This document shows, piece after piece, positions 1 to 7,715 of a stretch of DNA of 24,000 nt (position 1 is its first letter; each line of letters begins with the position of its first letter). Made by a program: the position numbers and the translations under genes. Source of the DNA: Pontiella sulfatireligans (lineage in GTDB: Bacteria > Verrucomicrobiota > Kiritimatiellia > Kiritimatiellales > Pontiellaceae); the NCBI RefSeq assembly GCF_900890705.1, contig NZ_CAAHFH010000002.1, forward strand, positions 2,155,458-2,179,457, read 5' to 3'. The notes beneath the pieces were generated by a model that was not told the DNA's origin, searched no databases, and saw nothing but the letters and a program-made list of their open reading frames with translations.

Positions 1-625
1 GATTGACGGTGAGGTCGACTTTGGTTTTGCCCATGCGCTTGAGGATGCGGTGTTCTTCATCCTTGGTCGGATAGACGACGTCGAGTTTGAACAGGAAGCG
101 GTCCACCTGCGCTTCAGGCAGATGATAGGTGCCTTCCTGCTCGACGGGGTTTTGGGTGGCTAGCACGAGGAAGGGCTCGTCGAGCTTGTAGGTTGTGTCG
201 CCAATGGAAACCTGATGCTCCTGCATGGCTTCGAGCAGCGCACTCTGCACCTTGGCGGGCGAGCGGTTGATTTCGTCGGCGAGAATGATGTTCGCGAAGA
301 TGGGGCCTTGGTGCGGGGTGAACTCATTGGTTCGCGGGTTGTAGATCATCGTTCCGATCAAGTCGCCGGGCAGCAGGTCGGGCGTAAACTGGATGCGGTT
401 GAAGCCGGCGTGCAGCGTTTGGGCGAGCGTCGTGACGGCCAGCGTCTTGGCCAGACCGGGAATGCCTTCGATCAGCACGTGCCCGTTGCAGAGCAACGCG
501 AGCAGCAGCGCCTCGATCAGATCTTCCTGGCCGATAATCACCTTGGCCACTTCGTCGCGCACCTTCTGGAGAATTGCGCTCTCGGCTTGGTAGCGTTCAT
601 TCATTTTCACAATATCTTCATGCAT
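1..625 (-). CDS. MoxR-family AAA+ ATPase (partial; the 3' end runs off the window)
   Basis: It is absent from the ORF track because no stop lies inside the window. My translation from the ATG at 625-623 gives MHEDIVKMNERYQAESAILQKVRDEVAKVIIGQEDLIEALLLALLCNGHVLIEGIPGLAKTLAV...IILADEINRSPAKVQSALLEAMQEHQVSIG...FLVLATQNPVEQEGTYHLPEAQVDRF. This shows a P-loop (GIPGLAKT), a Walker B motif (ILADEINR) and the typical MoxR sensor region. A GAAAGG RBS lies about 9 nt upstream. Confidence 0.85.
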   Translation of the reverse strand, partial: MHEDIVKMNERYQAESAILQKVRDEVAKVIIGQEDLIEALLLALLCNGHVLIEGIPGLAKTLAVTTLAQTLHAGFNRIQFTPDLLPGDLIGTMIYNPRTNEFTPHQGPIFANIILADEINRSPAKVQSALLEAMQEHQVSIGDTTYKLDEPFLVLATQNPVEQEGTYHLPEAQVDRFLFKLDVVYPTKDEEHRILKRMGKTKVDLTVN

Positions 626-680
626 AGGAAAACCTTTCGTTCACAAACGGAGATAATATAGCCCGCTTTTACGAGATAAA

Positions 681-728
681 CAGAAAAAGGGACGCCCAAA
701 TGCGTGCGCATTTGGACAAATTCCCTTT
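681..728 (-). terminator. Rho-independent terminator downstream of the NifX-fold gene at 750-1088
   Basis: The minus-strand RNA reads AAAGGGA-auuugu-CCAAAUGCG-ca-CGCAUUUGG-gcg-UCCCUUU. It forms a nested hairpin (inner 9-bp stem 696-704/707-715, outer stem 686-692/722-728). UUUUUCUGUUUAU follows directly. Confidence 0.55.
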
Positions 729-749
729 GACTATATCGAATGCAAGGGC

Positions 750-1088
750 CTAGTGGTCGCAAGCATTTTGTCCGGGTTCAAGGGCTCCGGCCATGTAGGC
801 CTTCACGAGCGTTTCCGGATCTTCGGCGGGCGCACCGACGATTACTTCAATGTTTTGCGCATTAAACAGCTGCTGCGCGCGTTGGCCCATGCCTCCGGCA
901 ATAATCATATTCACGCCTCGTTCTGCAAGCCAAGGGGGCAGCAGGCCGGGTTCGTGGGGCGGCGCATCCAGCTCGGTTGTGGCCGTGATGGTTTTGCTCT
1001 CAGGGTTAATGTCGAGCAGGGTAAATGCGACGCAGTGACCGAAGTGCATGTTGAGTCTTCCGTTAACTGTTGGAATAGCTATTTTCAT
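750..1088 (-). CDS. NifX/NifB-fold (dinitrogenase FeMo-cofactor-biosynthesis domain) small protein, paralogue 4
   Basis: The 112-aa ORF starts MKIAIPTVNGRLNMHFGHCVAFTLLDI and contains MIIAGGMGQRAQQLF, the typical layout of this family. An AAGGAAA RBS precedes the ATG. Confidence 0.85.
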   Translation of the reverse strand: MKIAIPTVNGRLNMHFGHCVAFTLLDINPESKTITATTELDAPPHEPGLLPPWLAERGVNMIIAGGMGQRAQQLFNAQNIEVIVGAPAEDPETLVKAYMAGALEPGQNACDH

Positions 1089-1376
1089 TTTTCATTTCCT
1101 TTTTTACGTGGTTTATTTTGGGGCGATTGATTTAAAAAGCGGGTGAATCCGGCGGTTTTACGGGCAACCGGACCGCTCATGACTTTCATAATTTTATCTT
1201 TTGTTAATTTTGGTTTCGAATGAAGGAGTGCAAAATAGTTGGCCGATGGGTTATTCGGAGGCTGGCGGGCGAACCCGCCAAGCCTGCGAAAAAAAAAGAC
1301 ATGTACGTGAAGATTTACAACTTATCGAATGAATCAACGGGAAGGAACCTCTTAAAAACGTACATCTGAAAAGAGT

Positions 1377-2732
1377 CTATTTCCTCATTTTCTTAACAAT
1401 GACCTCAGCGGCTTTGATTAGTGGATAACCTGCTGGTGATCCCGTTAACAGCGGTTGGGTGCCGATCTGCATGGTGAGCAGAACCTTTACCGTAACTCGA
1501 TTCTGAATAAGGAATCCGATCGCATTGGTTAGCTCTCCGGTACTAAAGCCTCCGTATACTTCACCGCCGAGAATCATCCCGCAGTCGGTTGCTACGATCA
1601 GTTTGACCGTCTGTTGATGGGAGTGGGCCAGGTTTCCGGGATGCGTATCCATGCCGGTAAAGCTTCCGCTTATAATGTCAAAGTTTTCACTCTTTGCCCG
1701 GGTTTCAGTGATTCCTGCAGTACCAAAAGCATGTTTTCCGATGGCGGTTGAGTAGATGGCAATGGTGCCTGTAAAGGGTTTGCATGGGCTTAAGGTGTAG
1801 AGGTTCATCGCTGCAACACGAGCCTCCGCACAGGCGGTTGAAGCGAGCATCGTTGCATCCAGCTTTCGGGTGATGAAATCTCTCTTTTCCGCGCAGTCAC
1901 CGATGGCTACAATATCCGTGCTGCAAGGCAGAATTCTCATATATTCACAGGTTTTAATAAAACCAAGTTCATTGAGTTCGATGCCGGCTTCCTGTGCAAT
2001 TTTGGTGTTCGGGGCATATCCCATGGAGAGAATGACGGCATCTGCATCCAATTTTTCACCGCTTGTCAGCGTGATGCTTTCCACTTTATCTTTACCGTTG
2101 ATCTCTTTGATTCCCTTGCCGGTGATCAGGTTGACTCCTCGTTCAATGAGATGCTCTTCTGCAATCTTTCCGAACTCAGGATCAAAGGCTCTGTTGAGGA
2201 TGGTCGGTTCCAGCTCAACGAGCGTAACATGATATCCTTTTTTATTCAGTTCGTCTGAGACTTCAACTCCGATAAACCCTGCGCCGACAACAATGATATT
2301 CTTCATCGGTTTAATCGTTTCTATCATTCGATCCAGATAGACTTTGTTCTTGGGGATTGTATATACGTTTTCTAGCTCCCCGCCTTTTAGCCAGCCTGGT
2401 TTTGTTGGGACGGAACCCGTGGCCATGACCAGTTTCTCATAGTAAAATTTTACACCGCTTGCAAAACTACAGGCATGTTCATCGGGGTGCATTGCGGTCA
2501 TCTTGTCAATAATGATCTCCACCCCCAGGCTTGTAAGAGGCGTGTCTGGAATAATATCCTTATCGCTATTTTCAAGAGAGCCGAAGATGTAGGGGATTCC
2601 GCAAGGAATCAACGCTTTATTCTCCTGTCGGACTAATACAACCTCCTTTTCCGGGTAGGTGGACTTTGTAGTTATTGCGGCCTGTAAGCCTGAGGCTCCG
2701 CCACCGATGACTAACACATCAATTTTTCGCAT
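1377..2732 (-). CDS. FAD-dependent pyridine nucleotide-disulfide oxidoreductase, CoA-disulfide reductase/NADH oxidase-like
   Basis: The 451-aa ORF has an N-terminal FAD dinucleotide fold (VLVIGGGASGLQAA) and a second fold for NAD(P)H (IIVVGAGFIGVEV). Its single redox Cys context (LIPCGIPY) matches the Nox/Npx/CoADR SxxxCG(L/I)PY motif. An AAGGAG RBS is present. The gene is visibly AT-richer than its flanks. Confidence 0.85.
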   Translation of the reverse strand: MRKIDVLVIGGGASGLQAAITTKSTYPEKEVVLVRQENKALIPCGIPYIFGSLENSDKDIIPDTPLTSLGVEIIIDKMTAMHPDEHACSFASGVKFYYEKLVMATGSVPTKPGWLKGGELENVYTIPKNKVYLDRMIETIKPMKNIIVVGAGFIGVEVSDELNKKGYHVTLVELEPTILNRAFDPEFGKIAEEHLIERGVNLITGKGIKEINGKDKVESITLTSGEKLDADAVILSMGYAPNTKIAQEAGIELNELGFIKTCEYMRILPCSTDIVAIGDCAEKRDFITRKLDATMLASTACAEARVAAMNLYTLSPCKPFTGTIAIYSTAIGKHAFGTAGITETRAKSENFDIISGSFTGMDTHPGNLAHSHQQTVKLIVATDCGMILGGEVYGGFSTGELTNAIGFLIQNRVTVKVLLTMQIGTQPLLTGSPAGYPLIKAAEVIVKKMRK

Positions 2733-2829
2733 AGGTTACTCCTTTGTTGCTGGTACGGGTTGGTCGCACCAAGTTTTCTGCTGGATACTCGTTTGTTCAA
2801 AATGTTTGCGTGTTGTATTATCTGAAAGT

Positions 2830-3171
2830 TCAAGGAAGTTTTTCTAATGTTTGCTGAGCTACTTTTATTGTTTTATTGAAATGTTTTTTCAGTCGTGCAG
2901 TCAGTTGTTTTTGTTTTTCAGGGTCGTGCGCATAGTATGGATGGGTGTGAAGCTTCGCGACCCATTCCATATTTTTGTTAATTTCGCCGGGAATTAATTC
3001 GCTGTCGTGGCGCACGGCATTCTGAGGACAAACGCTGTGACATATTCCGCAGCGAATGCAGTTTTCTTGGTTCAGTTCTGCTTTTTGCTTATGAACTTCG
3101 ATGGCGCCTGCCGGGCAACTTGGTTCGCAAATTCCACATCCGGCACACGTTGGTGAATGAATCCATGGCAT
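2830..3171 (-). CDS. 2x[4Fe-4S] ferredoxin-domain protein with a helical C-terminal extension
   Basis: The 113-aa ORF carries two CxxCxxCxxxCP motifs (CAGCGICEPSCP and CIRCGICHSVCP). An AGGGAG RBS lies 7 nt upstream. Confidence 0.85.
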   Translation of the reverse strand: MPWIHSPTCAGCGICEPSCPAGAIEVHKQKAELNQENCIRCGICHSVCPQNAVRHDSELIPGEINKNMEWVAKLHTHPYYAHDPEKQKQLTARLKKHFNKTIKVAQQTLEKLP

Positions 3172-3339
3172 GATCTGACTCCCTATAATTTATGTGTTAA
3201 GCGGTTTCGTGCGCGCTAGATTGCTTTATCCAAAGTCGATGCTTCAGACCAGTTGTCGGGTACTACAAAAACCGCATGGCGAGAGCGTTGTGACGAGGCA
3301 GCAAGATTCTTCATAAGAAATTCCTTTTGAATAGGTATT

Positions 3340-3354
3340 GGGGGGGGGGGGGGG
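3340..3354. repeat. Homopolymeric G15 tract (C15 on the coding strand of the flanking genes)
   Basis: Counted directly: G runs from 3340 to 3354. The tract is intergenic and lies 12 nt downstream of the permease stop codon (TAG, 3367-3369). Confidence 0.95.
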
Positions 3355-3366
3355 CTCTCTCAAGAG

Positions 3367-4710
3367 CTATTTTTTAGCCATGTGTCGAATAATTTCTTCC
3401 TGGGTCAAAACATACGAAGGGGCATTCTGTTCGTTTAGCACAATTACCTTGTATTCGTGGGATCTTTTCATGTTGGTGAGAGCCTCTTTCAGCGGGCTTT
3501 TTGCCGAGGCGAAAAGCACCGGTTCCAACGTTAGGTCCGAAAGCGGGGTTTCCTGCGGGGTTTCAGCGGCGAGGGCATCGAGCACATGGGCGGTGGAGAG
3601 CATGCCGATGGCCTTTTCGTGGTCGTCGAGTACGACGAAGGAGTGGATATGCTCTTCCGCCAGCAACTTCAGGGCGCGATTGAGCGAGTCGGAAAGATGC
3701 AGGGAAAAAACGCCCTCGAGCATCAGGTCGCGCACGGTGGTTTCGGGAGCCGGCCCAAAAATGCGGTCGGTGAATTTTACATACCAGGCGGCGGCTTGAA
3801 CTTGAATGATGTAGGCGAGGGCAATGATCAACGCAATATCAGCGCCCTCTTTTCCAAAGGCGGTCATGGCAATGGCCAGTGCGATGGAAAGGTTGCGCAT
3901 GACGGTTCCATAGACCAGCGCAATGCCGTCGGCGCGGTTGAAAAAGTATTTTCCGACGAAGGTGCTGATCAGGAAGTTCAGGCCATACAGCGCCAGCAAC
4001 GGGCCGATCAGCGTAGCCAGCTGTCCGGGGTTGGAGGCGATGGACTGCGCTTTCAACGCCATGGCCACAAACACAATTCCTAAAACGCCCAGCGTCGAGA
4101 AGGGCGGGAAGACCGGCTTGAGGTCTTTTTGATAGTGCGCCATGCCATAGCGCGCAATCAGGAAGCGCTGCGTCAGGTTGCCGAGCACCAGCGGCAGCAC
4201 GACCACCACCATGATCTGCTTGAAGATCTTGGCCATGGGAATCTCGATGACGGTTCCCATCAGTCCCTTGATGTAGATGGGCGTCAGAATTGAGCCAATG
4301 ATGAGCCCAAAGACGGTCATTTTTACGGCGGCGGCCATATTTCCATTCGCCATGCCGGTCCAAGAGATCGTCATTCCTGAGGTCGGAAGCAGGCTCGCCA
4401 GCAACAGGCCCAGCGCGATGTACGGGGAGTCGGGGAAGGCCCATTTGCCCAGCAAGAACGCAAACAGTGGAATGATGGTGAAGTTGAGCAGCTGGGTGAC
4501 CAGCTGGACTTTCCCGTCGCCGCCCTCAATAACCTTCTTCAGCTGCAGGTTCACCATCATGGGGTAAACCATTAGAAAGGTTAGCGGAACAATCCATTGC
4601 TTTAAGGGCGCGGGATTCCATAGAAGCCCCGCTGCAAAGCCCAGAAGCATTATGGCCGGGATCGCGATGATCAAGCGCTTCTGTATATTGCGTAGCAGCG
4701 TCAGCATCAA
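3367..4710 (-). CDS. SBF-like permease (bile acid:Na+ symporter / ACR3 superfamily) fused to a C-terminal CBS-domain pair
   Basis: The 447-aa ORF has about 10 hydrophobic segments. The motif LLPTSGMTISWTGMANGNMAAAV aligns to the BASS [22 protein letters not shown] and ACR3 signature regions, but without the ACR3 Cys. The last ~125 aa (VRDLMLEGVFSLHLSDSLNRALKLL...FVVLDD...YKVIVLNEQN) look like two CBS motifs. An AGGAA RBS is present. Confidence 0.8.
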   Translation of the reverse strand: MMLTLLRNIQKRLIIAIPAIMLLGFAAGLLWNPAPLKQWIVPLTFLMVYPMMVNLQLKKVIEGGDGKVQLVTQLLNFTIIPLFAFLLGKWAFPDSPYIALGLLLASLLPTSGMTISWTGMANGNMAAAVKMTVFGLIIGSILTPIYIKGLMGTVIEIPMAKIFKQIMVVVVLPLVLGNLTQRFLIARYGMAHYQKDLKPVFPPFSTLGVLGIVFVAMALKAQSIASNPGQLATLIGPLLALYGLNFLISTFVGKYFFNRADGIALVYGTVMRNLSIALAIAMTAFGKEGADIALIIALAYIIQVQAAAWYVKFTDRIFGPAPETTVRDLMLEGVFSLHLSDSLNRALKLLAEEHIHSFVVLDDHEKAIGMLSTAHVLDALAAETPQETPLSDLTLEPVLFASAKSPLKEALTNMKRSHEYKVIVLNEQNAPSYVLTQEEIIRHMAKK

Positions 4711-4720
4711 TCGGGTTTCC

Positions 4721-5551
4721 TTAGCCTATGGATCTTGCGAGAAGGGGTTTGATGATTTCGCGCATCATGTGCGCGGTTTCGCTGGCGGCGTAGCTTTGGA
4801 TGAAGGGCCGGCCGGCGTCGCATGCTTTCCCAATGGCAGGATCGATCGGCAGTTTCCCAAGGAATGGAACACTGAAGTCGGAAGCGATTTTCTCGCCGCC
4901 GCCGGACTGGAAGATGTCCACCACTTCGCCGCACTTCGGGCAGGCAAAGCCACTCATGTTTTCCACAATTCCGAGGATCGGAAGTTCCAGCTTTTGGCAA
5001 AAGGTCAGCGATTTGCGTACATCAACCGCCGCCACCTGCTGCGGGGTAGTAACGATCACTGCGCCGTCGGGATTTTCAATCAGTTGGCAGATCGACAATG
5101 GTTCGTCGCCGGTGCCGGGCGGGCAATCGACAATGAGATAGTCGAGTTCGCCCCATTCTACGTCGCCGAGAAATTGTTTGATCACGCCCATTTTCATCGG
5201 GCCGCGCCAGATAAACGCATCGTCTTCGTTCTGGTTCAGGAATCCGACCGACATCACCTTCAGGTTGCCCACCTGAATCGGGTCGACCGAGTCCGCATTG
5301 GAAACCAGCGACATGCGTCCGAGGCCAAGCATGGTCGGGATGCTCGGTCCGTGGATATCGACATCCAGCAGGCCGACTTTTTTGCCGGCATCTGCCAGCG
5401 CGGTCGCGAGGTTTACGGCAACGGTGCTTTTCCCGACGCCGCCTTTGCCGGAGAGCACGCAGATTTTTTGTTTGATCTGCGCCATGCGCGCATTGATTTT
5501 TTTCTGGTCCTCTTCCGGGCTGGCGGGGGGGTGGGCTGCACATTCGCTCAT
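4721..5551 (-). CDS. Mrp/NBP35/ApbC-family Fe-S cluster carrier P-loop ATPase
   Basis: The 276-aa ORF has a deviant Walker A (SGKGGVGKST), DYLIVDCPPGTGD, and the family CPKCG motif (GFACPKCGEVVDIF). Its ATG overlaps the upstream stop codon as ATGA (5548-5551). Confidence 0.9.
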   Translation of the reverse strand: MSECAAHPPASPEEDQKKINARMAQIKQKICVLSGKGGVGKSTVAVNLATALADAGKKVGLLDVDIHGPSIPTMLGLGRMSLVSNADSVDPIQVGNLKVMSVGFLNQNEDDAFIWRGPMKMGVIKQFLGDVEWGELDYLIVDCPPGTGDEPLSICQLIENPDGAVIVTTPQQVAAVDVRKSLTFCQKLELPILGIVENMSGFACPKCGEVVDIFQSGGGEKIASDFSVPFLGKLPIDPAIGKACDAGRPFIQSYAASETAHMMREIIKPLLARSIG

Positions 5552-6423
5552 TGCATATCTCCTGTATTAAGTTCGAATCCGGCAAATCCGGAGGTGATTT
5601 TGGTGGTTAGGTTTTGTTTGAAATAGTCGATGGCGGCATCACCGGTGCAGTGGCACGGCACGATGAATTCTGGATTGAAATCACGCAGTGCGTCCGTGGT
5701 GGCGACGAGCCGGGCGGCGGAGGCGTTTTTTAGATGCAATCCACCCATGATGCCAACGATACGCTCTTCTTTGCTGGCTTGACGGATATAGTTAACGGTG
5801 TTGATCAGTCCCGAATGGCAACAGCCGCAAATGATCAGCAAGCCGCGCGGGGTTTCGATCCACATCGCCATGTCATCCGTGATTGGGTCGGGCTCTTTGC
5901 CTTCAGGGTCAACGAAGAACGGGCCTCCGGTATCCTCCAGGGGGTGGATGCGTGGGATCGGCCCGGTCAGATGGATTCCGGGAGCAATCTGCGTGGGCTT
6001 CCGGATCCAATTAAGATGGGAGTCGAGCAGGTTTTCGATCAACAGCTGCTGTTCTTCCGGCATCGAAATGATCTTGGGATCTTTGTCGGAATAAATGCTG
6101 TAGCGCTGGCTCAGGATGACTGGATGGGCGAAAACTGAAATCTCGGGATTTTGCTGCAACACATAATCGATTGCGCCGGTGTGGTCGTAGTGCCCGTGGC
6201 TCAGCACCAGCAGATCCGCTTTGGCCGGATCGTTTTTCGTGCATTCGGTGTTGGGGCGCAATGCGTTGCCCTGGCCGGTGTCGAACAAAATGCGGCAATT
6301 CTGGGTTTCGACCCAGATTGAGAGGCCGTGTTCCGCAACCAAGCCAACGGCGGCTTGGTTATCGACCACGATTCTTAGGGAAGGAAGGTGCGCGCTCATT
6401 TTTTCAGGATTCTTTTCAGCCAT
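5548..6423 (-). CDS. MBL-fold metallo-hydrolase, COG1237-like
   Basis: The 291-aa ORF has the HxHxDH motif (LSHGHYDHTG) and the family N-terminus (RIVVDNQ...AEHGLSIWVE). The alternative start at 6399 (MSAHLPS...) forms an ATGA overlap with the upstream stop and may be the true start. Confidence 0.8.
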   Translation of the reverse strand: MAEKNPEKMSAHLPSLRIVVDNQAAVGLVAEHGLSIWVETQNCRILFDTGQGNALRPNTECTKNDPAKADLLVLSHGHYDHTGAIDYVLQQNPEISVFAHPVILSQRYSIYSDKDPKIISMPEEQQLLIENLLDSHLNWIRKPTQIAPGIHLTGPIPRIHPLEDTGGPFFVDPEGKEPDPITDDMAMWIETPRGLLIICGCCHSGLINTVNYIRQASKEERIVGIMGGLHLKNASAARLVATTDALRDFNPEFIVPCHCTGDAAIDYFKQNLTTKITSGFAGFELNTGDMQ

Positions 6424-6803
6424 TGGCTTAGGGTTTGTTTTTCCGGAGGGTTGTAGAAGTGTGCGATGGCCAGCTTGATGGTATCGGCGGCGAGCAGGGC
6501 GCAGTGCTGATGGTCTTCCGGAATGGGGCCGGAGGCTTCGAGCACCTGGGCCTGGGTCATGGCCTCCGCCTCCTCGGGGCGCATGCCTTCGGCCAACTCA
6601 ATCGCTTTGTTGCAGCAGTGTTTGGAATAGCCGCAACCGTCGGTCATGAACGAGCCCTTGCGGATTTTGCCGCCATCGATGCGCAACCAGATTTCGGCGG
6701 TGTCATTGCATGCGCCACGCACCTTCGCGTAGGCGTTGGCATCCCGCATGGGGCCGAACCGCTTTGCACGCGATTCGATGGCCTTCATTGCATCGTTGAA
6801 CAT
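6396..6803 (-). CDS. IscU/NifU N-terminal-domain-like Fe-S scaffold protein
   Basis: Three conserved Cys contexts align to IscU: GACNDT, DGCGYS and HCALLAADTIKLAI. I trimmed the 196-aa track ORF to the Met at 6803, because its Arg-rich N-terminal 61 aa overlap the upstream gene. The alternative ATG at 6788 makes an ATGA overlap with the upstream stop. Confidence 0.8.
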   Translation of the reverse strand: MFNDAMKAIESRAKRFGPMRDANAYAKVRGACNDTAEIWLRIDGGKIRKGSFMTDGCGYSKHCCNKAIELAEGMRPEEAEAMTQAQVLEASGPIPEDHQHCALLAADTIKLAIAHFYNPPEKQTLSQWLKRILKK

Positions 6804-7642
6804 ACGGCTTCCCAGGTTTTGCGTACGGATTTGGCGGCGCGGCCGTTGGAATCCTCGACCAGCGCGCGGGCGTTGATCTGGGCAGTCGTAACAGCTGAGT
6901 CGTACGGAATGCGCCCGACGGGGATTGCGCCGAATTCTCTCGCCAGCGTTTCGATGCGCTCGGTCATGATGGGATTGACGTCCCATTTATTGATGCAGAT
7001 CATCGCCGGGATTTTAAAGTGGTCGGTGAGCTGCAGCACGCGCTTGAGGTCGTGCTCGCCGGAGAGCGTTGGTTCAGAAACCACCAGCACGGCATCGGCG
7101 CCTGTAATGGAGGCGATAACCGGGCAGCCGATGCCGGGCGGGCCGTCAACCAGCAGATATTTGCTGTTTTGCTTTTCGGCGATCTTGCGAGCCTCCTGCC
7201 GCACGAGGCTGACGAGCTTGCCGGAGTTTTCTGCGCCGGGATTCATGTGTGCATGCACCATTTCCCCGCAACGCGTGGTGGAGGCAAACCATTCGCCGCA
7301 GTCCTGTTCGGGAAAGTCGATGGCGTTGACCGGGCAAAACTCAACGCAAGCCCCGCAGCCTTCGCAGGCGAGTGGATCCACTTTGAAATCGCTGATGGCA
7401 TCGAACCGGCAGAGCGTTTCGCACAGGCCGCACTGTGTACAGTCGGCCGACCGGATTTCGGCGGCATGGCCGCTGGTGAAGGTTTCGCGCTGTTGAATGG
7501 TCGGGCTTAAAACCAAATGCAGGTCGGCGGCGTCGACGTCGCAGTCGGCCAAAACTGCATATTCCGCCAGCGCCGCAAACGACGCCGTGATGCTGGTTTT
7601 CCCCGTCCCTCCCTTGCCGCTAATGATTACGAGTTCTTTCAT
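6785..7642 (-). CDS. MinD/CooC-type P-loop ATPase with an inserted 2x[4Fe-4S] ferredoxin domain (COG1149-like), copy B
   Basis: The protein has Walker A (SGKGGTGKTS) followed by CTQCGLCETLC and CEGCGACVEFCP, and then DGPPGIGCP. I chose the start at MKELVIIS (7642) because a GGAG RBS lies 8 nt upstream. The track ORF starts at 7663. Confidence 0.85.
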   Translation of the reverse strand: MKELVIISGKGGTGKTSITASFAALAEYAVLADCDVDAADLHLVLSPTIQQRETFTSGHAAEIRSADCTQCGLCETLCRFDAISDFKVDPLACEGCGACVEFCPVNAIDFPEQDCGEWFASTTRCGEMVHAHMNPGAENSGKLVSLVRQEARKIAEKQNSKYLLVDGPPGIGCPVIASITGADAVLVVSEPTLSGEHDLKRVLQLTDHFKIPAMICINKWDVNPIMTERIETLAREFGAIPVGRIPYDSAVTTAQINARALVEDSNGRAAKSVRKTWEAVCSTMQ

Positions 7643-7715
7643 ACTGATGCTCCAGTACCACATGGTTTTGAACAGAAGGACGCAAAGCCCGCAAAGGACT
7701 GCTGGTTAAAATGAA

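Noticed and set aside
1231-1250. A sigma54-like motif on the minus strand (cGGCCAA-CTAT-TTTGCA) upstream of the NifX-fold gene at 750-1088.
   Set aside because: The GG-to-GC spacing is 11 rather than the invariant 10, and the -24 hexamer is poor. It is probably a chance match in an AT-rich spacer.
3355-3368. A small hairpin GCUCU-UGAG-AGAGC right after the permease stop codon, considered as a terminator.
   Set aside because: It has only a 5-bp stem and is followed by C15 rather than a U-tract. It does not fit an intrinsic terminator.
3839-4444. Same-strand alternative-frame Arg/His/Pro-rich ORFs. Examples are 3839-4444, 5076-5585, 7639-8091, 11316-11864, 12836-13372, 15906-16448 and 13188-13628.
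   Set aside because: They are out-of-frame overlaps of well-supported genes. Their composition (poly-Arg/Pro/His) is what an off-frame reading of GC-rich coding DNA produces.
6804-6986. The N-terminal 61-aa extension of the IscU-like ORF (the track start is at 6986).
   Set aside because: The extension is Arg-rich nonsense (MGRQSHHDRAHRNAGERIRRNPRR...). It lies entirely inside the 3' end of the MinD-Fdx gene. The IscU homology begins only after the Met at 6803 or 6788.
7655-7690. A direct repeat CTTTGCG-GG-CTTTGCG in the spacer between the two MinD-Fdx genes.
   Set aside because: It is only 7 bp x2 with no symmetry or associated motif. It is too short to distinguish from chance.
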